DNA of 64,000 nucleotides. Origin: an uncultured delta proteobacterium. GTDB taxonomy: Bacteria > Desulfobacterota > Binatia > UBA9968. The notes under the pieces are model-generated. The model worked only from the letters and a program-made list of their open reading frames with translations. It did no database searches and was not told the origin of the DNA. Below, in pieces: positions 10,283 through 20,484 of this stretch (the stretch's first letter is position 1; every line of letters starts with the position of its first letter). The stretch covers positions 480,001 to 544,000 of the forward strand of contig CAVSHR010000005.1 of assembly GCA_963727625.1 (NCBI GenBank). Direction: 5' to 3'. Both the position numbers and the translations under genes were made by a program.

Positions 10283-10515
10283 GGTTTGTTTTCTCCTCTC
10301 ACGCCGGTCTGAAAACAACCACAAGACCGCCTATCCCCCCCCCCCGCACCATGGGCAGATGGTTTTCTCCACGTTGGCGGCATTGATTGCTCAACGCAAA
10401 CTATTTGAGGAACGGCTGCGATGTCAATCTAGGTCTCGCGCGTATGCCGGCAAGGTCGAATTGAGCGACGGATTCAACGTTGAAACGTCGACTCTGCCGA
10501 TCGCGAGTCGAACCG

Positions 10516-10968
10516 TTATTTTTCCGCGAGCAATTCGAAAACCGGATAGTGCGATGCGATGGCCGCGAAGGAGTCCAATCCCGCCTCGGCAGGCACAGGG
10601 AAAAAGCACGCCACCATCCATTTGAATCGGGTCAAATAGGCTTTCAAGATTTCCGGTTTCTCGTTGTCGGTGACAATCCGTAAGCGAAAGCCGATGCGAA
10701 TCCGGCCTCTTTTGACCGTCACCGCTCCAGCCGCAGCGGCATTGCGCGACCATTGGGTGTGACCGCGGGTTCCAACCAAATAGAGTTTGCCGTTGTGACG
10801 CAGGACGTTAACCGGCGTGGCGCGGGTCAATCCGGATTTTCGCCCCTTCGCGAGCAATAGGAAGCTATAGGACGGACCGACCCCCACCGACGCTAGCCGG
10901 CCAAAAAGGCGGTTTACGGCGCGCGCAATCAAACCCGGCGGATCAAAATGGCGCTTCGATTGGTTCAT
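10516..10968 (-). CDS. Deazaflavin (F420)-dependent nitroreductase family protein (DUF385/Ddn-like)
   Basis: GRKSGLTRATPV, WSRN and YPVFEL motifs. Confidence 0.82.
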   Translation of the reverse strand: MNQSKRHFDPPGLIARAVNRLFGRLASVGVGPSYSFLLLAKGRKSGLTRATPVNVLRHNGKLYLVGTRGHTQWSRNAAAAGAVTVKRGRIRIGFRLRIVTDNEKPEILKAYLTRFKWMVACFFPVPAEAGLDSFAAIASHYPVFELLAEK

Positions 10969-11197
10969 GATAAGTTACTAACTAACATCCATTCGAAGTG
11001 TTGCGAAACCACGAACCGAGCTTTGCGAATGCTGCCTCGCCCTGGTGAACGCTCATCCGGATATTCTTGCCGCACAACCGTGGAGAGCACGGCGTGGAGC
11101 CCAAGGCAATGTTGAAAATAAAACTATGGCGCCTCGCTTTACTCTCTGCCCGCTACGAGCGAAACTAAATCGCGACCAGGCTTGGAGGGAAGAGCTT

Positions 11198-12037
11198 ATG
11201 ACCTCGACGGCTTATAACGTTGTCCCCGTCCCGTCTTTCATGTACGGCACGGCTTGGAAAAAGCAGGCCACCAGCCAACTGGTGCAATTGGCGGTGGAGT
11301 CGGGCTTCAAAGCCATCGATACGGCCAACCAAATGATTCATTACGACGAAGCGCTGGTGGGCGACGCGCTGCAGGTCCTGGCGCAAAGAGGCATCGAGCG
11401 TGAAACGCTTTTTCTCCAGACGAAGTTCACGCCGGTGAGCGGCCAAGGTGGCCGCGGCCCCTACGATCCCTCGGCCGATCTCGCCATTCAAGTCGAACAA
11501 TCCTTTGGCAGCTCGTTGAGCCATCTCGGCACCGATTATCTCGACTCGTATGTCTTGCACGCGCCCTATTCGCGGCGCGGATTAAGCCAGGCCGACTGGG
11601 AAGTCTGGGGCGCCATGGAAGCCCTCTATCGATCGGGCAAAACCAAAATGATCGGCATCAGCAACATCGCCGCGGATCAGCTCGCCGAGCTTTGCGAACG
11701 GGCGCAAGTCAAACCGTTAATGGTGCAAAACCGCTGTTTCGCCGCGCTCGGGTGGGACATGGAGATCCGAGAACTTTGCCGCGCCCACGGAGTTATCTAT
11801 CAAGGGTTTTCCCTGTTAACCGCCAATCGAGAAGTGCTGCTCGATCCGGATATCCGGGCGATCGCTGGTCGTCTAAATGCCAACCCCGCGCAGGTTGTCT
11901 TCCGCTTCGCCATGCAAATCGGCATGCTGCCGCTGACCGGCACCACCAGCGAACAGCATATGAAAGAGGACTTGGAAGCCGAGAAGTTGACGCTTAGCCC
12001 GGAGGAAATCCAGCGGATTGAGACGATCGCGCTGTAG
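11198..12037 (+). CDS. Aldo/keto reductase
   Basis: YGTAWK, IDTAN, LQTKF, DYLDSYVLH and IGISN motifs; GGAGG upstream of ATG 11198. Confidence 0.92.
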   Translation: MTSTAYNVVPVPSFMYGTAWKKQATSQLVQLAVESGFKAIDTANQMIHYDEALVGDALQVLAQRGIERETLFLQTKFTPVSGQGGRGPYDPSADLAIQVEQSFGSSLSHLGTDYLDSYVLHAPYSRRGLSQADWEVWGAMEALYRSGKTKMIGISNIAADQLAELCERAQVKPLMVQNRCFAALGWDMEIRELCRAHGVIYQGFSLLTANREVLLDPDIRAIAGRLNANPAQVVFRFAMQIGMLPLTGTTSEQHMKEDLEAEKLTLSPEEIQRIETIAL

Positions 12038-12266
12038 AGTGACGCTCGTTGATAGGGTTCGTAGGAATCAAAGCTTCGGCATAATGCGATTAATTCTTTC
12101 CCGGTGAATTGTCGTTTGATATCGATTACGAATGTCGTTGGCCGAAATCAATTTAACTCTGGCTCGCGGTTTTCATTTAGTCTCTCTCCCCGGGAGCTGC
12201 ATTTTACATCAGCGCGGCTTGTTGATAAAAAATTAATATTCGTCCCATTGAAGGTGAGGAAAACCT

Positions 12267-13274
12267 ATGTGGCTAAATAAAGGAATCCAAATCTTAACCG
12301 TCGGCATCGCAATTTGTTTTTCCCTGGTAGCAGCCAGAGCGGAAACTCTCGACGAGCTTTATAAGAAAGCATTGAAAGAGGGCGGAACGCTCAACTGCTA
12401 TTGTACGTTAGCTCAGATCAATGCCGCGAAGATTTTCCCGGCGTTCGAGAAGCGCTTTCCCGGCCTCAAGATCAACCATGTGGATGCGACCTCGGATCAG
12501 CTCGCCACACGCGCGATTGCCGAAGCGCGCGGCGGCAAGGTTCTGGCGGATATTTACCAGTCGATCTTGGACGGCATCGTACGCGTTCATGATCAAGGGT
12601 TGTTTCTCGATCAAGTTCCTCCACAAGCCTCGGCCTTTCCAGCGAACCTACGCGGTTCCTATTGGGTCGCGACGGATTTGATCTTCACGGTTCCGGCTTG
12701 GAATACCAATTTGGTGAAGAAGGGCGAGGAGCCGAAGCAATTCGATGATCTGGGGGCTCCGCGTTGGAATAACAAGCTCATCGGCGAACCAAGAGACTTT
12801 CAGGTTTTGATCGGCCTTACCAAGAAATTCAACGACGAGGACAAGGCGATTGCCTTGTTGACCAAGATTGCCGCCAATAATATCGAGTTTCACAAAGGCC
12901 ATTCCCAGCTCGCCGAACTGCTGGTGGCCGGCCAGGCCGCCGCATGCGTGACCTGCTATTCGCATCACTACCCTAGCCGGATCAGAAAAGGGGCGCCGGT
13001 GGGTTACATGCTTACTGAGGGCGTCGGTGATATTGACGCCACCGCAGTCTTTAAAAACGCGCCTCACCCGAGGACCGCATGGCTCTTCGCGAGTTGGTCG
13101 GCTAGCGAAGAAGGGCAAAAGGTTTATTCCATGGGCGGTAGACTTCCGGCACACCCGAAGGTTGAGCCCGTTGAAAAGACCAGACCCGCGAAGATTTACG
13201 CCGTAGGCGAACACGACGTAAAAAACTTTCCAAGATACGAAAAACTCTGGAAGGGAATTTTCAAGTTAAGATAA
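12267..13274 (+). CDS. ABC transporter solute-binding protein (Fe3+/AfuA-like cluster), orphan
   Basis: Signal peptide; ALKEGGTL, WNTNLV and NAPHPRTAWLF motifs. Confidence 0.85.
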   Translation: MWLNKGIQILTVGIAICFSLVAARAETLDELYKKALKEGGTLNCYCTLAQINAAKIFPAFEKRFPGLKINHVDATSDQLATRAIAEARGGKVLADIYQSILDGIVRVHDQGLFLDQVPPQASAFPANLRGSYWVATDLIFTVPAWNTNLVKKGEEPKQFDDLGAPRWNNKLIGEPRDFQVLIGLTKKFNDEDKAIALLTKIAANNIEFHKGHSQLAELLVAGQAAACVTCYSHHYPSRIRKGAPVGYMLTEGVGDIDATAVFKNAPHPRTAWLFASWSASEEGQKVYSMGGRLPAHPKVEPVEKTRPAKIYAVGEHDVKNFPRYEKLWKGIFKLR

Positions 13275-13379
13275 TCGCAGGTTTTAGGACGTAGCGTTGC
13301 AGCCGCGAATCGTTAAGTTCGGGCACTGGCCTGACGCAATCGCGGCAGCTTCCCGTACACTGAAATTTCGCAGCCTAGG

Positions 13380-13800
13380 CTACTTTTTCCCCAGCGTATT
13401 TATGAAGCTGGGGTCGATCATTTCGTTCGCGGACATTGTGCCCTTTAGTCTGCCGGTCTCCATCTCCCTCTCCACGGCGACGGTGATGCCGGCGTCGAGA
13501 ATACGACCGTCGAGCGGGAAAGAAGCACGGTATTCGTCGTAGCCCGCGGCCGCCTCACCGGCGTTAAGCGCGACGCATTTTCGTAGCGCGCGAATGCCGT
13601 CGTCACGGTTCTCGCGCGCGTGCTTCACGCCGCGCTGTTTGGAGTTCGACTGGGTTTACAGTGAATCCAGACGAAAGAAAACCATCGAGCGGCAAAGCTA
13701 CACCTATTGTCCGAATCAAGGCATGGTCCGACAAGTCCAGCATAAAGCCTTGATTCACGATTCGCATCACGGCCGGTGCTTGAACGCGATGCGGACGCCG
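13380..13800 (-). pseudogene. Frameshifted C-terminal fragment of an NMT1/SsuA-type solute-binding protein
   Basis: Two overlapping frames (LSSGFTVNP / HARENRDDGIRALRK...MIDPSFINTLGKK) match SBP C-terminal patterns; no N-terminus. Confidence 0.55.
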
Positions 13801-13891
13801 GCGCGCCCAAGAGCGCACGAATTGACTTTTCTTGTCGCCGCTGCGGTCATTCAAAATAGAATGACCGCAGTTCCGCGTGGGCTTATTCTAT

Positions 13892-14941
13892 CTATTTCTT
13901 CTTCTTGCCCGGTTTACGCACCAGGAACGACAAGCTCTCTTTCACGTCCGCCGGCATGCTGAGAATCGCATTGACCAATTTTTCAACCTTTTCACCCGGC
14001 ACGGGTGTGATCACCAGTTTGGATTTCTTTGCATCCTTGAGCAGTTCGGGATCTTTCAGAGTTTCCAGAAATGCCTTGCGGAGAATTTCCAAGCGATCTT
14101 TCGGCGTACCTGGCGGCAGCGAGAATGCCCGCTGAAAATCCATCTGAAAGGCCCAACTCTCATAGATCGCGTATTTCTTCGGGTCTTTGATCGCTTCTTT
14201 GAAGGTCGGGAGATTTTTGACCTGCGGATCTTCCCAAGTGCGCTCGTTGATGATGAAGGGAATCAGCTTGCCGTCGCCGGGCGCGTCGAGCATCGCGCGC
14301 GCCGTCACGCGCATCGATTCCCACTGGGAACAGAACGCCTGCAGTTCGTGTTTTTGCAGCGCGACACGGGTCGTCGAAGTGCCGGTGTAACCGGAGACGA
14401 CGTCGAATTTGGTGCCCAAGGTCTTGTTCATGATCAGCGGTAAATCGTAACCGGTCGATCCGGCGCGGGTGGCGCCGACTTTGAGAGGCTTCTTGTAATT
14501 CAAGACATCTTCGAGGGTTTTCAATCCGGTGAAGCCCATCACCATGCACACGGGCGCTCCGACACTGGGCGCGCCCACCCAGCCGAATTTGTTGAAATCC
14601 AAACGGATCTTGGGATCGCCCAGGGCGTGTTGCACGACGAGCGAATTGTTGAAGGTGCCGAAAGTCAGTCCGTCCGGTTCAGCACGTTTGTACAAATAAT
14701 TGGCGAGCACCAAGCCGCCCGCGCCAGTCATGTTTTCAACGACGGTCGATGGATGGCCCGGAATATGGCGGACGATATGCCTCGCGATGATGCGCGTGTA
14801 GGTATCGTAACCGCCGCCAGGCGCGCCAAAGACCATGAGGCGAACCGTCTTTCCCTGGTAAAAATCCTCGGCCGCTGCGGTTCCGTATCCGACACACAGC
14901 GCGATGAGCACTAGAAATATCCGAGCAAAAATAGTTTTCAT
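13892..14941 (-). CDS. Bug/TctC-family tripartite tricarboxylate transporter substrate-binding protein
   Basis: FYQGKTV, PGGGYDTYTR, VENMTGAGG, PDGLT and PPGTPKDR motifs; GGAGG RBS. Confidence 0.92.
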   Translation of the reverse strand: MKTIFARIFLVLIALCVGYGTAAAEDFYQGKTVRLMVFGAPGGGYDTYTRIIARHIVRHIPGHPSTVVENMTGAGGLVLANYLYKRAEPDGLTFGTFNNSLVVQHALGDPKIRLDFNKFGWVGAPSVGAPVCMVMGFTGLKTLEDVLNYKKPLKVGATRAGSTGYDLPLIMNKTLGTKFDVVSGYTGTSTTRVALQKHELQAFCSQWESMRVTARAMLDAPGDGKLIPFIINERTWEDPQVKNLPTFKEAIKDPKKYAIYESWAFQMDFQRAFSLPPGTPKDRLEILRKAFLETLKDPELLKDAKKSKLVITPVPGEKVEKLVNAILSMPADVKESLSFLVRKPGKKKK

Positions 14942-15277
14942 AAAAGCCTCCTCCTCTTTAGCGAATCGTTATTCACGTTTTACGGTTACGGTGTTCTTAA
15001 GAATTCCTTAGGGTCGTGCGCCCCTTGAGTCAAGGCGGTTGGCAAAATTTATTTTCTACGCTTCGCACCGGCATAACGGAATCAAGAAACGTGGATAGGC
15101 GCCAAACCGTGACAGAGGTGAGGCTGTCCGTGCAAGCAAAGGAGCGGAAGCTTCGCCGGATTCCGAGGTAAACAAGCTTTACACGGATCCGGCTAGTTAA
15201 GCGCTTCATTTTTTAGGCTGATATCAAGTTGGCAGAAGAAATTCTTACGCGATAGCAGGACGCGATTTCGACTCCAC

Positions 15278-15335
15278 TGTATATTTTATTCACACGATAT
15301 TTTGATTTTGCCCTTGAGTGTGCGCAATCTTTACA
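15278..15335. promoter_or_regulatory. Two TGT-N11-ACA palindromes, candidate enhancer sites
   Basis: TGTatattttattcACA (15278-15294) and TGTgcgcaatctttACA (15319-15335), 41 bp apart, about 100-150 bp upstream of the sigma54 motif. Confidence 0.45.
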
Positions 15336-15430
15336 TCATGCAAATTTGCCATCGCAACCGGCGGCCGCCGGTGCCGGATAAGCGTGGGTTTTCCTTTAAT
15401 ATCCGGCTTTTTGGTTGATCGGTTTCTTGT

Positions 15431-15445
15431 TGGCATCCTCCTTGC
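15431..15445 (+). promoter_or_regulatory. Sigma54 (-24/-12) promoter of the ABC operon
   Basis: TGGCATCCTCCTTGC matches TGGCA-N6-TTGC with exact GG-N10-GC spacing. Confidence 0.7.
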
Positions 15446-15629
15446 GCAGCGGAGATTTGGGAGTTCGTCCACCATTCCGTCACGAACTCTCCTCGCGCTT
15501 ATGCGCGCTCGTCGGTGTGCCGCCGAAGAGAGAAAAATATCAGTTTTTTTGTAGTTGGCGACGGGTTTCGTGTCGAAATCGCCGCATAATTTATGTTCGC
15601 AAAATAATTTTGTACCGGGAGGTGAAATC

Positions 15630-16700
15630 ATGAAGCGTTCGTTAGTCTCCAGCGGACTGTTCCTCTGCTTTTTTGCGGCCTTTTCATTTTCTATAGTCCA
15701 TGCCGCGAACGTACCAAATTGGTGGATCGGCCCAAAGGGCGAATATGAGAAACTGGTCGAAGGGGCAAAAAAAGAGGGGCACCTGGTCCTCTGGTCTCAC
15801 CCAGATCCTTCCTGCACACCGTTGATCGCCGGGCCGTTTGAAAAGGACTACGGCGTTAAGGTTGAGCACACCGAATACACCACGGCGCAAATCGTCCAGC
15901 GGATTCTGCTCGAAGGAGTCGCCGGGATGTATACGGTCGACGTCGGAAACCTCAGCGTTCACCATGTGCCGCGTTTGGAGCAAAAGGGGCTTTTACAGAA
16001 GTTGAACTATCGAGAGAACGTAACCACATACAGAGAAGTGCCCAAAATGGTCAGCCCGCACAGCACGGCGTTCATCGGTTGGACCAGCCCGCGCGGCCTC
16101 GCATATAACACTGCCAAAATTCCGAAAGACAAAGTGCCCAACAGTTATGACGAGGTACTAAATCCGATGTTCGCGAACCGCAAGATTTCTGTGGACACGG
16201 ATCTAAAAGAGTACATCATCCTGGCGCACCAGTGGGGCATGGAAAAAACTAAACAGTTCGTCAAAAAGCTTGGGGAGATGAAGCCCAAATTCCACCCCAA
16301 TAATACCGTCATCACCCAAATGGTTGCCGCCGGAGAGACGCTCATCGCCCCCGGTGTCATTCGTCGCATTCCTCTATACGAATTCAAGAATAAAGGGGCA
16401 CCGATCGATTGGAAACCGCTCAAACCTCTTGTGCCGGTGGACACCTTGTTAATGGGCGTAATGTCTCACGCGCCCCATCCTAACGCGGCCGCTTTGTGGG
16501 CCTATTGGGTCATGGGAGCGCCCGACTATCTCAAGGGCATGGATAAGTGCGGCGGTTACGGCAATGTGGAGGTTCCCGGCACCCCCTTCCATGACAAATT
16601 TAAAGGCTGGAACTTGGAGGTCTTCGATTGGAATTGGGGCGTGCGCGCCGCCAAGGAACATATGGGCGAAGAGTTTCGAAAAATAATCGGCCTTGAATAG
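15630..16700 (+). CDS. ABC transporter substrate-binding protein (Fe3+-type family)
   Basis: GGAGG RBS; signal peptide; GAKKEGHL, AYNT and HAPHPNAAALW motifs. Confidence 0.88.
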   Translation: MKRSLVSSGLFLCFFAAFSFSIVHAANVPNWWIGPKGEYEKLVEGAKKEGHLVLWSHPDPSCTPLIAGPFEKDYGVKVEHTEYTTAQIVQRILLEGVAGMYTVDVGNLSVHHVPRLEQKGLLQKLNYRENVTTYREVPKMVSPHSTAFIGWTSPRGLAYNTAKIPKDKVPNSYDEVLNPMFANRKISVDTDLKEYIILAHQWGMEKTKQFVKKLGEMKPKFHPNNTVITQMVAAGETLIAPGVIRRIPLYEFKNKGAPIDWKPLKPLVPVDTLLMGVMSHAPHPNAAALWAYWVMGAPDYLKGMDKCGGYGNVEVPGTPFHDKFKGWNLEVFDWNWGVRAAKEHMGEEFRKIIGLE

Positions 16701-16726
16701 ATTTCGCGGTCGTTAGAGAGCAGATT

Positions 16727-18499
16727 ATGGCTACTGCCGCTCAGGTAGAGCAGTACCAACCCGTTGGTAGAACCCGGGCGAACCTCAGCCAGTGGTTCAA
16801 TGTTCGCATGCTCGTTTTCTGCAGCATCGTCGGATTACTGGCCTATTTAACGTTCGGCCCCTTGCTGTTCTTGTTGTGGGATAGTGTCCATCCAGGCTGG
16901 GAGATCGGCGACCAAGTCGCTTTGACATTCGGTAGTTACGTCAACGTCTTCACCGATCGCCATTTCATGGAAATGATCTGGAACACGACGGTCTTCGGCG
17001 TCAGCGCCACCGCCGTCGCGGTGGGACTCGGCACATTGTTCGCCTGGTTAGTCGAGCGCACCAACATGCCGTTTCGCAACGTCACGTACGCATTACTTTT
17101 CGCCCCAGTCGCGATTCCGGGCCTGGTATTCGCGATTTCTTATATCTTGCTCTTGAGCCCCGACATCGGCGTCATCAATAAAGTGTTGATGGATTTGTTC
17201 GGTTTCAAAGACGCACCGCTGAACATTTATTCGATGACCGGGCTGATTTTCATTGAGGGAATTCGCCTGACGCCGGGGAGTTTTCTCATGATGGCAGCTG
17301 TGCTCAAAAGCATGGATCCGTCCCTCGAAGAGGCAGCATACACCACCGGAGCAGGAATCGTTCGCACCTCGCGGTTGATCACCGCACCGCTCATGCTACC
17401 AGGAATCTTGGCAGCCTGTATTTACTATTTCATCACGGTTATCGAGTCGTTCGAAGTACCGGCGATCGTCGCATTGCCGATCGGCATGCAGCTGCTCACC
17501 ACGAAAATCTTTTTCGCCACCAATGCGACGACGCGGATGCCTCAATACAGCGTGGCCGCGGCAGTTTCGATCATTTTCGTCGCCTTGAGCATCGTCCTGA
17601 TCTACCTTTATTCACGGGCAACCAAACACTCCGAGCGTTTTACCACCATCACCGGCAAAGCCTATCGTCCCCGCTTGATCGATTTGGGCAACTGGCGCTA
17701 CGCAGCCCTCGGTGTAACAGCTCTGTTTTTCGCCTTCTCAGTGATTTTTCCGCTGTTGGTGTTAATCTGGGGCAGTCTCTTGCCTTACATGCAGGCACCG
17801 TCGTTCGCCGCGCTGGCGAACGCGTCCTTTGAAAGCTATCGAGATTTGGGACGCATTCCGCAATTCGGTCTCGCGCTGAAGAACACCGTCTACGTCACAT
17901 TAGCCGTTGCCACCGTCACAATGCTGATTTCGTCTCTCGCGGCGTGGTTTGTCGTGCGCGGCAAGATCCGCGGCGGCCGGCAGCTCGACCTGCTGACGTT
18001 CCTACCCCACGCGATTCCAAGCATCGTGGTTGCTGTCGGGCTGATCATTTTTTATCTGCGCGTCAACTGGTTGATCCCGGTTTACGGAACGCTGTGGATC
18101 ATCATCATCGGCTTGGTCACGAAACGAGTCAGTTACGGCAGCCGGATCATGATCGGCGCCATGTTCCAACTGCACAAAGAGCTCGAAGAAGCTTCAGAAG
18201 TCTGCGGAGTCGGCTGGCTGAAGACTTTTTGTCTGATCACACTGCGCCTCATGATACCTGCGTTCGTCAACGGCTGGCTCTACATAGCAATGCTCAGCAT
18301 CGCGTTATTTACGATACCAGTCATGCTTTATACGCCCAAGAGTCTGGTCTTCTCCGTCTTGATTTGGAATCTCTGGGAGCAGGCCAAAGTCCAGGACGCC
18401 TGTGTCGTCGGCGTCATCATGGTGACGATCACCTTTACCCTGGTGTTTCTCGGACAATATTTTGCCTCCAAGGCGAAGGTGCGGGAAACCCTGAGTTAA
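16727..18499 (+). CDS. ABC transporter permease with two fused TM domains (FbpB-like)
   Basis: Two EAA loops (DPSLEEAAYTTGA, HKELEEASEVCG); AWLVERTNMP. Confidence 0.92.
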   Translation: MATAAQVEQYQPVGRTRANLSQWFNVRMLVFCSIVGLLAYLTFGPLLFLLWDSVHPGWEIGDQVALTFGSYVNVFTDRHFMEMIWNTTVFGVSATAVAVGLGTLFAWLVERTNMPFRNVTYALLFAPVAIPGLVFAISYILLLSPDIGVINKVLMDLFGFKDAPLNIYSMTGLIFIEGIRLTPGSFLMMAAVLKSMDPSLEEAAYTTGAGIVRTSRLITAPLMLPGILAACIYYFITVIESFEVPAIVALPIGMQLLTTKIFFATNATTRMPQYSVAAAVSIIFVALSIVLIYLYSRATKHSERFTTITGKAYRPRLIDLGNWRYAALGVTALFFAFSVIFPLLVLIWGSLLPYMQAPSFAALANASFESYRDLGRIPQFGLALKNTVYVTLAVATVTMLISSLAAWFVVRGKIRGGRQLDLLTFLPHAIPSIVVAVGLIIFYLRVNWLIPVYGTLWIIIIGLVTKRVSYGSRIMIGAMFQLHKELEEASEVCGVGWLKTFCLITLRLMIPAFVNGWLYIAMLSIALFTIPVMLYTPKSLVFSVLIWNLWEQAKVQDACVVGVIMVTITFTLVFLGQYFASKAKVRETLS

Positions 18500-18515
18500 A
18501 AATCGAGGCATCGCA

Positions 18516-19616
18516 ATGCTATTATCCGTTGATAAACTCGTAAAGAGCTATGGTGGCGACGTCCCCGCAGTCAAGGGCATCAGTTTCAACGTCGGCGAAG
18601 GAGAGTTTTATACCCTCCTGGGTCCAAGCGGCTGCGGCAAGACCACCACGTTGCGCTGCGTTGCTGGCCTGGAAAAACCGAACGGAGGGCAAATCTCCAT
18701 CGCCGAGAATATCGTTTTTTCCAGTGAGCAGAATATCTTGCTCCCCAGCCACAAGCGCGACATTGGCATGGTTTTCCAATCCTACGCCATCTGGCCGCAT
18801 ATGACGGTGTTCGACAACGTCGCCTTTCCGCTCAAACACAGCAAGCGCAAGGTACCTAAGCATCAGCTGCGTGACAAGGTAATGAAGGCGCTGAATCTGG
18901 TTCAGCTCGAAAACTTCGCCGATCGGCCGGCGCCGTTTTTGAGCGGCGGACAGCAGCAGCGTGTCGCGCTCGCCCGAGCGTTGGTCTACGAACCAAAGGT
19001 GCTTTTGCTCGATGAGCCGCTTAGCAACCTGGACGCCAAGCTGCGCGAAGAGATGCGCGTGGAATTAAAGCAGCTGGTCAGCCGCCTGAGCATTACCACT
19101 CTCTACGTGACCCACGATCAAGCCGAAGCCCTGGCATTGTCGGACCGGGTCGCGGTGATGAACCTAGGCAGGATTATCCAGGAAGGCACGCCGCGGCAAA
19201 TTTATCTCGAGCCGAAAGACGCATTCACCGCCAACTTCATCGGCCGGACCAATATTTTCAACGGCAGCGTCGTTACCGAATCGGCCCAGGACGGCGTCGG
19301 CGTGGTGGAGCTTGCCACCGGCCGGCTCGCCTGCTCGCTGCCTCAGGGATTGAAGCCCAAGGACAATGTTCAGCTTTTAATCCGACCGGAAGGCATAGAA
19401 ATTTTGGAGTCCAAGCCTGAGGCGAGCAACAACGTCATCGGCGGCGAAATTCTGTTGGCGACTTTCCAAGGCGATTCGGTGGAATACCATATCCGCGTCG
19501 GCGAACAGGAATGTCGAGTCAAAGGCGACGGACTAAAAGAGTTTGCCAAAACCCGCCAGGTGTTTCTCCATTTGCCGCCCGAGCGGTGCCTGGTCATTGA
19601 AAAACAAAGCGATTAA
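18516..19616 (+). CDS. ABC transporter ATP-binding protein with TOBE domain
   Basis: GPSGCGKT, LSGGQQQR, LLLDEP and YVTHD motifs. Confidence 0.95.
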   Translation: MLLSVDKLVKSYGGDVPAVKGISFNVGEGEFYTLLGPSGCGKTTTLRCVAGLEKPNGGQISIAENIVFSSEQNILLPSHKRDIGMVFQSYAIWPHMTVFDNVAFPLKHSKRKVPKHQLRDKVMKALNLVQLENFADRPAPFLSGGQQQRVALARALVYEPKVLLLDEPLSNLDAKLREEMRVELKQLVSRLSITTLYVTHDQAEALALSDRVAVMNLGRIIQEGTPRQIYLEPKDAFTANFIGRTNIFNGSVVTESAQDGVGVVELATGRLACSLPQGLKPKDNVQLLIRPEGIEILESKPEASNNVIGGEILLATFQGDSVEYHIRVGEQECRVKGDGLKEFAKTRQVFLHLPPERCLVIEKQSD

Positions 19617-19648
19617 AACGGCGATTACATCTTAGGAGGTATCCGATA

Positions 19649-20068
19649 ATGAGTTTCTTGATGTCGATAGTTACAAGCATCGTGTTTATACTTTGTCTAT
19701 TCAGTGGAAAACCCGCGGCGGCGCAAAATGTCAAAGAGACCACCTATGTCAAACGAGCTGGGCCCACGATCGTGGTCCGGACGATTGGGCCGGTCGAGGT
19801 GGTTAAAGTCGACCCTTATATCGACATGAAGAAGGGCAAAAAAACCGGCAGGCTCAATTTGCAGGTTGTCATTAAAAATACCGCGCGCGAGCCGCACACC
19901 TATCAACTTTTCGGTCAGGGCAGGACCGACACCGGCGGCTGGCTCGGAGGCTCAACGAAAGCACCGGGCAAAGGACGGCTGGATCCGGGTAAGGAGGCGA
20001 CGGCGAAGGTTCAAACCAGATTCGTAGGGAAGTCGGTCCCCAACGAAATCAGACTCGACGTATTCTAA
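19649..20068 (+). CDS. Secreted hypothetical protein, beta-rich
   Basis: AGGAGG RBS; signal peptide ending AAA; Ig-like pattern VVIKNT...LDPGKEAT. Confidence 0.7.
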   Translation: MSFLMSIVTSIVFILCLFSGKPAAAQNVKETTYVKRAGPTIVVRTIGPVEVVKVDPYIDMKKGKKTGRLNLQVVIKNTAREPHTYQLFGQGRTDTGGWLGGSTKAPGKGRLDPGKEATAKVQTRFVGKSVPNEIRLDVF

Positions 20069-20484
20069 TCGAATAAACTCGTTCGACCTATTCTTGCAAA
20101 CTGCGGCGGCGGCGCACGATTCGGCGATCCGGAGCACGATGGCCGAGCGCGCGCGCCGTCAACTTTTCAAGTCTGAAAATTTCTTGCATCGAACGGTCAA
20201 TTCTTCTTAAGACATCCCTCTTAACACGACGCGTGATCGCCGTCGCTTAAGCAAAAACCAGCGCGCCGTTTTTATTCGCGGATCAAAGCTCTGCCTTTCG
20301 TCGAAGCGGGCATGTTGTGCGGTCCGATTTTGACCTCGATCATGCCGTTGCCCGCCGTCACCACGGCTTACGCACCAAATTTGCCGGCGAGTTCTTCTTG
20401 CCGAATCGCTCGCACAGGTGTAGGTTTTAGGCTGCTTTGGCGCCGGCAACGGCAAATCGGCGCAGTTTTTAATGGGAGGTAAAA

